Below, one piece after another: positions 54,394-63,366 of a stretch of 64,000 nucleotides of DNA. Within the stretch, counting starts at the first letter, position 1; every line of letters starts with the position of its first letter. The notes beneath the pieces were generated by a model. That model did no database searches and was not told the DNA's origin. It saw only the letters and a program-made list of their open reading frames with translations. This DNA is from an uncultured Omnitrophica bacterium (GTDB lineage: Bacteria > Omnitrophota > Gorgyraeia > JACQQV01): assembly GCA_947085655.1 (NCBI GenBank), contig CAMTXH010000010.1, forward strand, positions 18,015 to 82,014, in the 5' to 3' direction. A program made the position numbers and the translations under genes.

Positions 54394-54453
54394 GAACAGC
54401 GCTCCTTCTTTTCAACAGAAGAATAAGGCGCTACGTCAAGCAACTTGGATGCC

Positions 54454-54533
54454 TCCCGAAAGGCCTCTCCCGGCGTGATCCGCTCCCTATCTATCACTAT
54501 GCCCCGGAGGGCAAGGCCTTTCTTGAGAAAGAC
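54454..54533. repeat. 80-bp structured direct repeat, copy 1
   Basis: 79/80 identical to 55706-55785, first 73 bp perfect; hairpin gaaaggcct...aggcctttc. Confidence 0.95.
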
Positions 54534-55662
54534 GAGCCAGAACCTGGTCCTGTTTCAATGCCTTGATCTCCTTCACCTTCTCCCTGACGGCTTCTACCAG
54601 AGGGGCTGCCTCTTTCTCCACCAAAAGACAGAGAGGAATTTTGTCTCCGTATCCGTTCAGGAGACGGTGGATTCTTGGGTCGAAGACCAACACCAAATCA
54701 TATTTTTTCTCTGGGGACCGCCGGACATTGTTCCAAAGTTTAAACTGAGCAACCCAGGGTATTCCGAAGGGGGTATAAGAGAGATTCAAATTGATATGGG
54801 GAGGGAGCGAAAGGGGGTTGATGGAATGCCATACATAAAGTTTATGTTGATCCCGCAAAAGTTCAAAAAAGAGATTCCGGAAAACGGGGATCCTCTCCTG
54901 CATATCTTTGCCAAGGACCAGGACAACCCGGAGGGGAACCCCCCACCGCTCATAAAAGATCCGTCTGTTTCGTTCAAAAAGTTCATTCCAGGAAACCCTT
55001 CCCAGAACCTCAGGATAGGTCACATTTTGCCAGTGATGGACGTAGGCGCCTTTCGCGAGCATGCACCGAAAGCCTGAACGGACCGCCCTCACGGAAAAGT
55101 CCCAATCGTCGTAATAGGCGGGGTCGTAGGCAAGATCCAATCCATGGACAGCCTCGAGGACTTCCCGCTTGATCAGAAAGCAGAATCCCCTACACCAGTC
55201 CATCTCCACAGCCTGCCCCGCCCATCTCTTCAAGGAGGCGGCATGTTTTCCAATATCACCGACCCGTTCGGGCTTGTCTTCCCAGGAAGGATTGACAAGT
55301 CCAATCTTTTCTTCCAACCCGGCGATCCGAATCATCTCTTCAAGCCAGCCGGGTGTGACAACCGTGTCATTGTTCATCACGCATAGATACGGGGATCGGG
55401 AGGCTTGGATTCCTTTATTGACGGCCCTCACCCAGCCTTCGTTTTTTTCATTCTGGATGATCGCGATCCGGTCGGGGTATTCTCTCTGAATTTCAGCCAG
55501 ATATTCCCGTGTCTCTTTTTTGCTTGCGTTATCTACGACGAATATCCGGAAGGGAACCCGGGTCGATCTCAAGATCGACGCGATACACGCTTTTGTGTAG
55601 TCCGGCTCATTATAAACAACCAGAATAATGTCACAACCTTGGGTTTTCCGCACCAGACGCAT
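54487..55662 (-). CDS. GT2 family glycosyltransferase
   Basis: VDNAS, NND, GFCFLIKR, YYDDWD; stop codon lies inside the repeat. Confidence 0.9.
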   Translation of the reverse strand: MRLVRKTQGCDIILVVYNEPDYTKACIASILRSTRVPFRIFVVDNASKKETREYLAEIQREYPDRIAIIQNEKNEGWVRAVNKGIQASRSPYLCVMNNDTVVTPGWLEEMIRIAGLEEKIGLVNPSWEDKPERVGDIGKHAASLKRWAGQAVEMDWCRGFCFLIKREVLEAVHGLDLAYDPAYYDDWDFSVRAVRSGFRCMLAKGAYVHHWQNVTYPEVLGRVSWNELFERNRRIFYERWGVPLRVVLVLGKDMQERIPVFRNLFFELLRDQHKLYVWHSINPLSLPPHINLNLSYTPFGIPWVAQFKLWNNVRRSPEKKYDLVLVFDPRIHRLLNGYGDKIPLCLLVEKEAAPLVEAVREKVKEIKALKQDQVLARLSQERPCPPGHSDR

Positions 55663-55705
55663 TCACCCCTTATTTCAAATCTTGCTTCCGAGAAGGCGCT
55701 TCCCT

Positions 55706-55785
55706 TCCCGAAAGGCCTCTCCCGGCGTGATCCGCTCCCTATCTATCACTATGCCCCGGAGGGCAAGGCCTTTCTTGAAAAAGAC
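55706..55785. repeat. 80-bp structured direct repeat, copy 2
   Basis: Direct repeat of 54454-54533. Confidence 0.95.
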
Positions 55786-56887
55786 CCCTAGGCCTTCCTA
55801 TTGAGTTCCCGATTTTACCTTCTTCCAAAATGGCCTGCGCCACTCGGAAAACCGTCTCGGGAGAAATCCACTGGAGACACACGTTCTGGGCACATTCAGG
55901 AAGTTTGAAGCGCCGGTAACAGGGACGGCAAACAACAGGTTGAGTCAAAACGCGATGCTTATTTCCTTCAGGACTCGGACCATATACCGTCTCGTCCGTC
56001 GGTCCAAAAAGAGAAAGGGTCTTTGTCCCAACCGCCACCGCCACCCGTAAAAGCCCCCCGTCTGTGCAGATCAAAAAGTGTAACCGCTTGATGAGACTTG
56101 CCGCCTGACGGATGGTTGTCGGAGGCGAAAGCAGTATTCCTTCGGGCGAAACTGCCGAAAGTTCCTCCGCAAGAGCCTTCTCCTGAGGCCCCCAAAAAAT
56201 GACGATTTTGGCATCCAGTTTTTCCCGGAGGGCCCGGATAAGGGAGAGATAAGAAACAACCGGCCACCGTTTCAGGTCTTCCTTCTCCGGCCCGAAACTC
56301 TGGCCCCCTCCCGGTGCGATTCCAATCACCCGATTGTTCAGATGGTGTTCCCTAAAAAATCGGTCGGCAAATGCTTCATCTTCCTCTGTCGTCCAGATCT
56401 CCATCCGATAAGGCCTTTTAGAATCGGCTCCCAACGGATGAAGGAGATCCAGATAATAATCGACAATCGGTTTCTCATCAAATCCCGTAAGGGATACTCG
56501 GTCGGTCAGGAAGCGGCCGCGGCGCCTATAATCCAGACCGACCCGTCGGCGGATGCCTGCCCATTTCATGAGGAGGGACAGTTCAGGCGCCAGCGAGAGA
56601 TCAATGAGGGTGTCAAACCGATGGCGTTTGATGTCGTTTCGAAGAGCAAAGGCAGCCTTAAGCGCCTTCCACCGCGAGGCGCGGGCCAGACGCCTCAAAT
56701 TATCCTTCTCATAAACGAAAATGTAATCCACAAATGGGTGCGTTTCGAGAATCTCTTTTGTCCGTGCGTTGCAAAAATAGCCAATGAAGCAGCCAGGAAA
56801 ATTCTCCTTGAGACGGCGAATCAAAGGGGTCGAGAACAGAACATCCCCGATGCCGAAGGGGTTTGCCAGCAAAAATCGCTGATTCAT
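55739..56887 (-). CDS. GT9 family (heptosyltransferase-like) glycosyltransferase
   Basis: [17 protein letters not shown]...A.A, LFGPT, CRPC; stop codon lies inside the repeat. Confidence 0.9.
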   Translation of the reverse strand: MNQRFLLANPFGIGDVLFSTPLIRRLKENFPGCFIGYFCNARTKEILETHPFVDYIFVYEKDNLRRLARASRWKALKAAFALRNDIKRHRFDTLIDLSLAPELSLLMKWAGIRRRVGLDYRRRGRFLTDRVSLTGFDEKPIVDYYLDLLHPLGADSKRPYRMEIWTTEEDEAFADRFFREHHLNNRVIGIAPGGGQSFGPEKEDLKRWPVVSYLSLIRALREKLDAKIVIFWGPQEKALAEELSAVSPEGILLSPPTTIRQAASLIKRLHFLICTDGGLLRVAVAVGTKTLSLFGPTDETVYGPSPEGNKHRVLTQPVVCRPCYRRFKLPECAQNVCLQWISPETVFRVAQAILEEGKIGNSIGRPRGLFQERPCPPGHSDR

Positions 56888-57831
56888 CCTTTTCCCCTTC
56901 CGAGCCGCTTCCGGAAATCTTCAATCGTCAGCCGGAGCCCTTCTTCCAGCGAGGTCTTCGGCTGCCAACCGAGCTCATTTTTTGCCTTTGAAATATCGGG
57001 ACGGCGCTGCTTGGGGTCATCAACGGGAAGGGGTTTTGAAACAATCTGACTGCGGCTCCCGGTCAGCGCAATAATTTTCTCGGCCAGTTCCCGAATGGTC
57101 ATCTCCCGGGGATTTCCAAGATTGACCGGGTCGTTCAGGGGGGCATTCATCAATAAGAAGATCCCTTCGACCAAATCGGATATAAAACAGAAGCTGCGTG
57201 TCTGAGAGCCGTCTCCGTAAACGGTCAGCGGCTCTCCGCAAAGTGCCTGATGGATGAAATTCGGAATGGCCCGGCCATCGGCCTCTCGCATGCGCGGACC
57301 ATAGGTATTGAAAATTCGGGCAATTTTGGTATCCATTTGATGATTGCGATGATAAGCCAGTGTCAATGCTTCCGCGAAACGTTTGGCCTCGTCGTAGACC
57401 CCCCGAGGCCCGATCGGATTGACATTTCCCCAATAATCCTCCCGTTGGGGATTGACGGTCGGGTCGCCGTATACCTCGCTGGTCGAAGCCAAAAGGAATT
57501 TGGCCCCCTTCACCTTGGCGACGCCGAGTGCATTGTGGGTTCCGAGAGACCCTACTTTCAGCGTTTGAATCGGATATTTCAGATAATCCACGGGGCTTGC
57601 AGGAGATGCGAAATGAAGGACATGCTCAATTTTTCCGGAGACTTCGATCGGCTTGGTCACGTCTTGTTGAATCAATGTGAACTGCTCTCTGCCGTTCAGG
57701 TGGGCAATATTGGAGAGACTGCCGGTGATGAGATTATCCAGACAGACAACCTCATTCCCCTTTTCGATCAACCGGTCAATCAGATGGGAACCGATGAATC
57801 CGGCTCCACCGGTGATCAGAACTCTCATCAA
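56884..57831 (-). CDS. UDP-glucuronate decarboxylase (UXS-like)
   Basis: [38 protein letters not shown]. Confidence 0.93.
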   Translation of the reverse strand: MMRVLITGGAGFIGSHLIDRLIEKGNEVVCLDNLITGSLSNIAHLNGREQFTLIQQDVTKPIEVSGKIEHVLHFASPASPVDYLKYPIQTLKVGSLGTHNALGVAKVKGAKFLLASTSEVYGDPTVNPQREDYWGNVNPIGPRGVYDEAKRFAEALTLAYHRNHQMDTKIARIFNTYGPRMREADGRAIPNFIHQALCGEPLTVYGDGSQTRSFCFISDLVEGIFLLMNAPLNDPVNLGNPREMTIRELAEKIIALTGSRSQIVSKPLPVDDPKQRRPDISKAKNELGWQPKTSLEEGLRLTIEDFRKRLGRGKG

Positions 57832-58070
57832 GCCCCCTCAACGAGCGAGACTATCTCTCCCAGCTCAATCCCCCGGTGTTTATTGGGTATCCGCCGGATA
57901 TACCCCTTCTTCTCAAGCGCCAGGAGTTTATCCACCGCCGCTTTGTAGGAAATGCTTCCGCACCCGTTTTGGATTTCACGGATGTACGGCGCCCGTTTAT
58001 TCATGACGATGTACTCCTTGACGAACTCAAACACTTTCTTCTGCCGTCTGGTCAGTGTATTGTTTCCCAT
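57828..58070 (-). CDS. LexA DNA-binding-domain-only protein
   Basis: LTRRQ..VFEFV..Y...P.IREI...G...[11 protein letters not shown]....RGIEL; 80 aa, no peptidase domain; SD AGGAGG. Confidence 0.8.
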   Translation of the reverse strand: MGNNTLTRRQKKVFEFVKEYIVMNKRAPYIREIQNGCGSISYKAAVDKLLALEKKGYIRRIPNKHRGIELGEIVSLVEGA

Positions 58071-58087
58071 TCTTCCTGCCTCCTTTT

Positions 58088-59392
58088 TTATAACCTCACA
58101 ACCTTCGCGCCTTTTCCCTTCACATGCCGAAGCGCGTTCCGCGTGTCAAAGATGAGGGAACTTTTCTCATAGAGAAACTGGTAATCTATTTTGTGGTCCG
58201 TGACAATCAACACGCAGTCGGACTGCTTCAGCGCAGTATCCGTCAGTGGCAACGATTTCATCTCGCCGTCATCCGTTCTGAGAAGAGGGACATACGGATC
58301 ATGGTAAAAGGGGATGGCACCCCGCTCCTTTAAAAGTTTGATAATTTCAATGGCGGGAGACTCCCGCACATCGTTCACATCCCCCTTGTAGGAAACCCCC
58401 AAAATCAGAATACGGGATCCCCGCAGGGGTTTTTGAACATCGTTCAAAATCTCCGTTGTCCGCTCCACCACATGGCGCGGCATGGCGGCATTGATCTGGG
58501 TGGCGAGTTCGATAAAACGGACTTCAAAACCCTGGATCCTCGCTTTCCACAAAAGATAAATCGGGTCGATCGGGATACAGTGACCTCCCAACCCCGGGCC
58601 GGGATAGAACGGCATGAACCCAAACGGCTTTGTCTTCGCCGCCTCAATCACTTCCCAAACATCGATTCCCAGATGATGGCACATGAGGGCCAGTTCATTG
58701 ACAAGGGCAATGTTGACTCCCCGGAAGGTATTCTCAAGAAGCTTCACCATCTCCGCCACCCGGGGACTCGAAACAGCTACGACCTCTGCAATCAACTGCT
58801 CGTACAGGAGCTTCCCCAAAGCCGAGCACCTTTCCGTCACTCCCCCGACGACTTTCGGGATATTTTCCGTATGATAGGTTGGGTTTCCGGGATCGACCCT
58901 CTCGGGAGAAAAACAGAGGCAGAAATCCTTTCCCGCCTTTAAGCCCCCCTCCTCAAGAAGCGGGAGAATCACCTCCTCCGTTGTCCCCGGATAGGTGGTG
59001 CTCTCCAGAATAATGAGTTGACCGGCGTGAAGATGGGATGCCAGACTCTGGACAGCCGAGATGATAAAAGAGAGATCCGGATCCTTGCTTTTCCGCAAGG
59101 GGGTTGGGACGCAGATGATGACAACATCCGCATCCTTTCCGCTTTCGTAATTGGATGTGACTTTGAAACGATTCTTCTGCATCACGTCCTTCAGGGCCTC
59201 TGAAGAAACGTCGAGAATGTGGGATTCTCCCTTTTGAATCCCGGAAACCTTTTTTTCATCCAGATCAATCCCGACCACCGGAAATCCCTTTTTTGAAAAC
59301 CCGACTGCCAGCGGGAGTCCGACGTAACCCAAGCCGATAACGGCGACAGTCGCCTGTTTGGTCCGAATTTTCTCTTCCAAAGCTTCTTTCAT
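58088..59392 (-). CDS. Nucleotide-sugar dehydrogenase (WbpA/WecC-like)
   Basis: GLGYVG, CVPTP, ESTTYPGTT, KLLENTFR, GGHCIP; ATG at 59392. Confidence 0.93.
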   Translation of the reverse strand: MKEALEEKIRTKQATVAVIGLGYVGLPLAVGFSKKGFPVVGIDLDEKKVSGIQKGESHILDVSSEALKDVMQKNRFKVTSNYESGKDADVVIICVPTPLRKSKDPDLSFIISAVQSLASHLHAGQLIILESTTYPGTTEEVILPLLEEGGLKAGKDFCLCFSPERVDPGNPTYHTENIPKVVGGVTERCSALGKLLYEQLIAEVVAVSSPRVAEMVKLLENTFRGVNIALVNELALMCHHLGIDVWEVIEAAKTKPFGFMPFYPGPGLGGHCIPIDPIYLLWKARIQGFEVRFIELATQINAAMPRHVVERTTEILNDVQKPLRGSRILILGVSYKGDVNDVRESPAIEIIKLLKERGAIPFYHDPYVPLLRTDDGEMKSLPLTDTALKQSDCVLIVTDHKIDYQFLYEKSSLIFDTRNALRHVKGKGAKVVRL

Positions 59393-59393
59393 C

Positions 59394-60347
59394 TCAAACT
59401 CTTTCCCTCCAATAATCGAGAAGGTCCTCCAGTGTTTTTGAAAACGGAATTTCCGGCTTCCATCCGGTGAGTTTCCTGAACTTCGTACTGTCCCCCACAA
59501 GACGCATGACATCGCTGGGCCGCATTCGCTTCGGGTCCCTCCGAATTTTCACCTTGACCCTCGCTTTGCTGAGAAGGAGATTCAGCATCTGGCCGATGGA
59601 GTAGTCCCTGCCGGTGCAGATATTGTAGACGTCTCCCTTTTTTCCCTTCTCCAGGGCGAGCCAATAGGCCCGGACCACATCCCGGACATCGGTGAAATCC
59701 CGCCGTGGGATAAGGTTTCCCACATGAAGAACCGGTTCTTGCAGACCTTTTTCAATCCTGGCAATCTGTTTGGCAAAGTTACTCGTCGCAAAAACTTCGC
59801 CCCGGCGGGGCCCCGAATGATTAAACGCCCGTGTCCGGACGACGTAAAGTCCGTAACTCTGGTAATACTGATAGGCGAGGAGATCCTGGCCTACTTTTGA
59901 GACGCCGTAAGGGCTCAAAGGTCGCAGAGGATTGGTTTCCTTGATCGGAAGTTCACTTTTTCGGACGATTCCGTATTCCTCGGAGGACCCTGCGATATGG
60001 ATTCTCGGTTTCAATTTCAACTCCCGGACCGCTTCGAAAATATTCAATTGCCCGATGATATTGGTGGTGAGAGTTTCGGCCGGGGCCGACCAGGAAGTGG
60101 GAACAAAAGACTGGGCCGCGAGGTGAAAAATCCGGTCCGGCTTCACCTTTCGAATCACTTCCTGAACGGAAGAAGCATCGCGGATATCACAATAGTGCAG
60201 ACGGATTTTGTCCTTGAACTCAACGACGTTATCCTCCTTGCTCCGCCACCGCTCGATCCCGTAGACAGCGATATTCTTCTTCGCCAAGACAAACTCTGCT
60301 AAATGACTCCCTACAAACCCCGTGATGCCGGTGATGAGTACTCTCAC
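59394..60347 (-). CDS. GDP-mannose 4,6-dehydratase / Rmd-like SDR
   Basis: GITGFVG, HLAAQSFV, SSEEYG, PYGVSK, FNHSGPRR; GTG at 60347. Confidence 0.85.
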   Translation of the reverse strand: MRVLITGITGFVGSHLAEFVLAKKNIAVYGIERWRSKEDNVVEFKDKIRLHYCDIRDASSVQEVIRKVKPDRIFHLAAQSFVPTSWSAPAETLTTNIIGQLNIFEAVRELKLKPRIHIAGSSEEYGIVRKSELPIKETNPLRPLSPYGVSKVGQDLLAYQYYQSYGLYVVRTRAFNHSGPRRGEVFATSNFAKQIARIEKGLQEPVLHVGNLIPRRDFTDVRDVVRAYWLALEKGKKGDVYNICTGRDYSIGQMLNLLLSKARVKVKIRRDPKRMRPSDVMRLVGDSTKFRKLTGWKPEIPFSKTLEDLLDYWRERV

Positions 60348-61264
60348 GATGCTCCCTGTGGCCTGTTGGAATGTATCAAGTGCTGTTCGTTGAGATAATC
60401 CCGAAGCGCCTCCCGCCATGGCCGGAGGGAACTCCCCAAAACCCTGGAAAACTTGTCGCAGTTTAACACCGTTCGAAGAGGCCTTTTTGCCGCAAGACCC
60501 AAAGTCCCCAATGAGATCGGGCGCAGGGGGATATGCCCCGCCCCCCCAAGGGCGAGAATTTCCCGCCCGTATTCAAGCCAACTGCAGCCGCCTCCGCCGC
60601 TTGCAATGTGATAAACGCCCGGAGGGATTTCTTTCTCAAAAAGAGAATAAATGGCGTTGGCAAGATCCGGTGTGTAGGTGGGGATACTCCATTTATCTTC
60701 AACCAGGGAAATCTCTTTTTTCGTCTTTGACCAACCCAAGACGTGGTGAACGAAAGAATCGTGGCCTTCTCCAAAAAGCCAACTTGTCCGGATAATCCAG
60801 TGACGCGGGTATTTCCGGGAATGCATTTCCCCTTCAAGCTTCGACTTTCCGTAAACGTTGACAGGTCGGCACGGGTCCTCCTCACGGTAGGGTTGGGGCC
60901 TTTCTCCCTCAAAAACGTAATCGGTGCTGATATAGCAGAAAGGAACGTTTTGCTGACGGGAAACCTCTGCCAAAAACCGCGTCCCTTCCCCATTCACCTG
61001 ATGGGCCTCCTCGGCGTGCCTTTCACAGTAGTCCACATCGCTGATGGCCGCCGGATGAATCACTGCATCCGGCCGGAGAGATCCAATGATTTTTCCGATT
61101 TCCCGTGAATCCGTAATGTCGGCCTCAAAGCGCTTCTCTCCTTCAAAAGGAGGGCGGATTTTCCTCCCCCGCGACAGACCGTAAAGTTCGTGCCCTTTCG
61201 CAAGAATTCGCCGGGAAAGAGAGGTTCCGAGCATGCCGGTAATGCCCGTTACGAGGAATCTCAT
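60344..61264 (-). CDS. rfbD: dTDP-4-dehydrorhamnose reductase
   Basis: G.TGMLG, ISTDYVF.G, YGKSK..GE, PTY..DLA, RP; ATG at 61264. Confidence 0.93.
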   Translation of the reverse strand: MRFLVTGITGMLGTSLSRRILAKGHELYGLSRGRKIRPPFEGEKRFEADITDSREIGKIIGSLRPDAVIHPAAISDVDYCERHAEEAHQVNGEGTRFLAEVSRQQNVPFCYISTDYVFEGERPQPYREEDPCRPVNVYGKSKLEGEMHSRKYPRHWIIRTSWLFGEGHDSFVHHVLGWSKTKKEISLVEDKWSIPTYTPDLANAIYSLFEKEIPPGVYHIASGGGGCSWLEYGREILALGGAGHIPLRPISLGTLGLAAKRPLRTVLNCDKFSRVLGSSLRPWREALRDYLNEQHLIHSNRPQGAS

Positions 61265-63366
61265 CCCCTTTCCCCGTACTGAATCTGGTAATATTCCTGA
61301 AAATCCTTCCGTTTCTTTTTTAGACGCTGCCACCACGCCTCATGGCTCTGGTACCACTGAACCGTCTCCTTGAGTGCATCCACAAAAGAGTGGCGCGGTT
61401 GCCATCCGAGCGATCGGATCTTCGTGGCATCCACGGCGTAACGGCGGTCATGACCCGGCCGGTCTTTGACAAAATCGACCAAACTTTCCGGTTTCCCGAG
61501 GATTTTGAGAATGGCCAGGGTCATCACTTTATTCGAAATTTGCTCCCCCGTTCCGACATTGTAAATTTCGCCTTCTTTTCCCTTTTTCCAGACGGTGTCT
61601 AGGGCCTCGCAGTGGTCCAGGACATAAATCCACTCCCGGACGTTTAAACCGTCTCCATAGAGAGGAAGCGTTCGGTCCTCAATCGCATTAGTGATGAATA
61701 AGGAAACCAGTTTTTCCGGGTACTGATAAGGGCCAAAGTTATTGGTACAACGCGTAATGACCACAGGCAGTTTGTAAGTTTTGTGATACGCGAGAATCAG
61801 AAGATCCGCCGCCGCTTTTGTCGCCGAATAGGGGCTGCTTGGATTGAGGGGACTTTCCTCATTAAAAACCCCTTTTTCGATGCTTCCGTAGACCTCATCG
61901 GTGTTGCCACAGAAATCGAACCTTCCATTTCTCTCGACGAGGAAATTCTTGTTGTCTTTAACCTTTAAACACCAAATATTCCCTTTATAATTAACCCTTT
62001 TGTTTCTGTGCCGGCTGATTGATTTGGCAGTATTGGCTACAAAAACATAATACGATTTACCCTCAATCTTTCTCCCGTTCAATGAAGATGCCGTATGTCT
62101 CGAATGGATGCTTGGCTTAAGATTTAATTTGATGCAAAGTTCGCAGACATCAGAAACTAATTTTTCTGAAACGGTATGATATATCTTGCCGTTGTGGCCA
62201 TCTGAGTCCATGAGCCCTTCTAATAAAGAGGTCAGATATTCTGGTGAGTAATCTAATGCCCATTGCGGAATGCGCTTATGATGGGCTCCTTGCCCGCATT
62301 GGGCAAAAAAATCCATAAGCGTTTTTGAAGAAAAATATAAATGGGTCCCCGCCTTACCGCTATGACAGCGATAGTCTATCCCTAAACGGCTTAGAGTCTC
62401 CTTTACTCTCTTGCGACATTTATCGCTCTCTGGAATATCTAGAAACATTCTATAACTGTGGCATGTGGTTACATGGTTGCCTAACTTCTCTATTGTTTTG
62501 AACTCGCCGCTTTGTTCATCTCTCGCTTTCTCAAGATACTCGCTCCTTGGGAGGCCTGTCATCGTTTCCCGCTTCTTCTCTTGATACGCAATAAAACCGT
62601 CTCCGATAAAAATACCCAAAAGGTACATGAGATCTTTTGTCTTAACACGGCCGTAATCCTTTAGATCGATATACTCCTCCTTCTTGCCTCTCCAATAAAC
62701 CTCAGGCAGATAAAAAATACTCCTTTTTGAGACTTCCTCTGCTGTTTCAACGAGCAATCTCTTCTTGGTTGTGTCAAGGATAAACATGTTATGGTTTGGT
62801 GTGACGCATAAATCGACACGCTTGTTTTTAAAATGAATCATCTCGCCCTCGTAAGGTTGGATGATCACTTTTTCTATCGGCTTAAGTTCTATTTCTTTTG
62901 TTACAGGATTTAGTGAGAAAACAAGGTCTCCTTCTTTTAATTCCTTGTATGTTTTCAGTCCTTCAGGTGTCACAGCTCTTGTCTGTTCATCGTAACAACT
63001 AACATGAATAAAACGATTCAGACTATATTTCTTCGCTGCTTCTAACAAAACATGGGTTCCGACGATATTGGTCATCACAAAGTCCTCGGCTTTCAGGATA
63101 GATCGGTCAACGTGGGTCTGTGCCGCAAAGTTGAAAAGAGCGGTGCATCCCTTCATCGTCCTTTCGACCGTTTTGGGATCGCAGATTTCCCCCTGGATGA
63201 AGGTGTAATGGGGGTTCTTTTCGAGATCGGCCAGATTTTCTCGATTTCCGCTGTAGGTCTCTTTGTCCAAATTGACCAGGTGGAGATCCGGATACCGCTT
63301 GAGGAGGAAACGGATAAAATTGGAGCCGATGAAACCGAGCCCCCCGGTCACTAAAATTTTTTTCAT
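61261..63366 (-). CDS. rfbB: dTDP-glucose 4,6-dehydratase containing an intein
   Basis: GGLGFIG, AAQTHVDRSI, HVS|TDEVYG split by a 365-aa insert, PSSPYSATK, DRPGHDRRY; exteins total 336 aa. Confidence 0.97.
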   Translation of the reverse strand: MKKILVTGGLGFIGSNFIRFLLKRYPDLHLVNLDKETYSGNRENLADLEKNPHYTFIQGEICDPKTVERTMKGCTALFNFAAQTHVDRSILKAEDFVMTNIVGTHVLLEAAKKYSLNRFIHVSCYDEQTRAVTPEGLKTYKELKEGDLVFSLNPVTKEIELKPIEKVIIQPYEGEMIHFKNKRVDLCVTPNHNMFILDTTKKRLLVETAEEVSKRSIFYLPEVYWRGKKEEYIDLKDYGRVKTKDLMYLLGIFIGDGFIAYQEKKRETMTGLPRSEYLEKARDEQSGEFKTIEKLGNHVTTCHSYRMFLDIPESDKCRKRVKETLSRLGIDYRCHSGKAGTHLYFSSKTLMDFFAQCGQGAHHKRIPQWALDYSPEYLTSLLEGLMDSDGHNGKIYHTVSEKLVSDVCELCIKLNLKPSIHSRHTASSLNGRKIEGKSYYVFVANTAKSISRHRNKRVNYKGNIWCLKVKDNKNFLVERNGRFDFCGNTDEVYGSIEKGVFNEESPLNPSSPYSATKAAADLLILAYHKTYKLPVVITRCTNNFGPYQYPEKLVSLFITNAIEDRTLPLYGDGLNVREWIYVLDHCEALDTVWKKGKEGEIYNVGTGEQISNKVMTLAILKILGKPESLVDFVKDRPGHDRRYAVDATKIRSLGWQPRHSFVDALKETVQWYQSHEAWWQRLKKKRKDFQEYYQIQYGERG
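61903..62997 (-). mobile_element. Intein with LAGLIDADG homing endonuclease
   Basis: Block A CYDEQT, block B VTPNH, LLGIFIGDG and LLEGLMDSDG, blocks F/G WCLKVKDNKNFLV...CGN/T; visibly AT-rich. Confidence 0.95.

Noticed and set aside
54454-55785. 80-bp repeats as integron attC sites or intrinsic terminators
   Set aside because: No RYYYAAC/GTTRRRY ends, no integrase, and no U-tract after the stem on the coding strand
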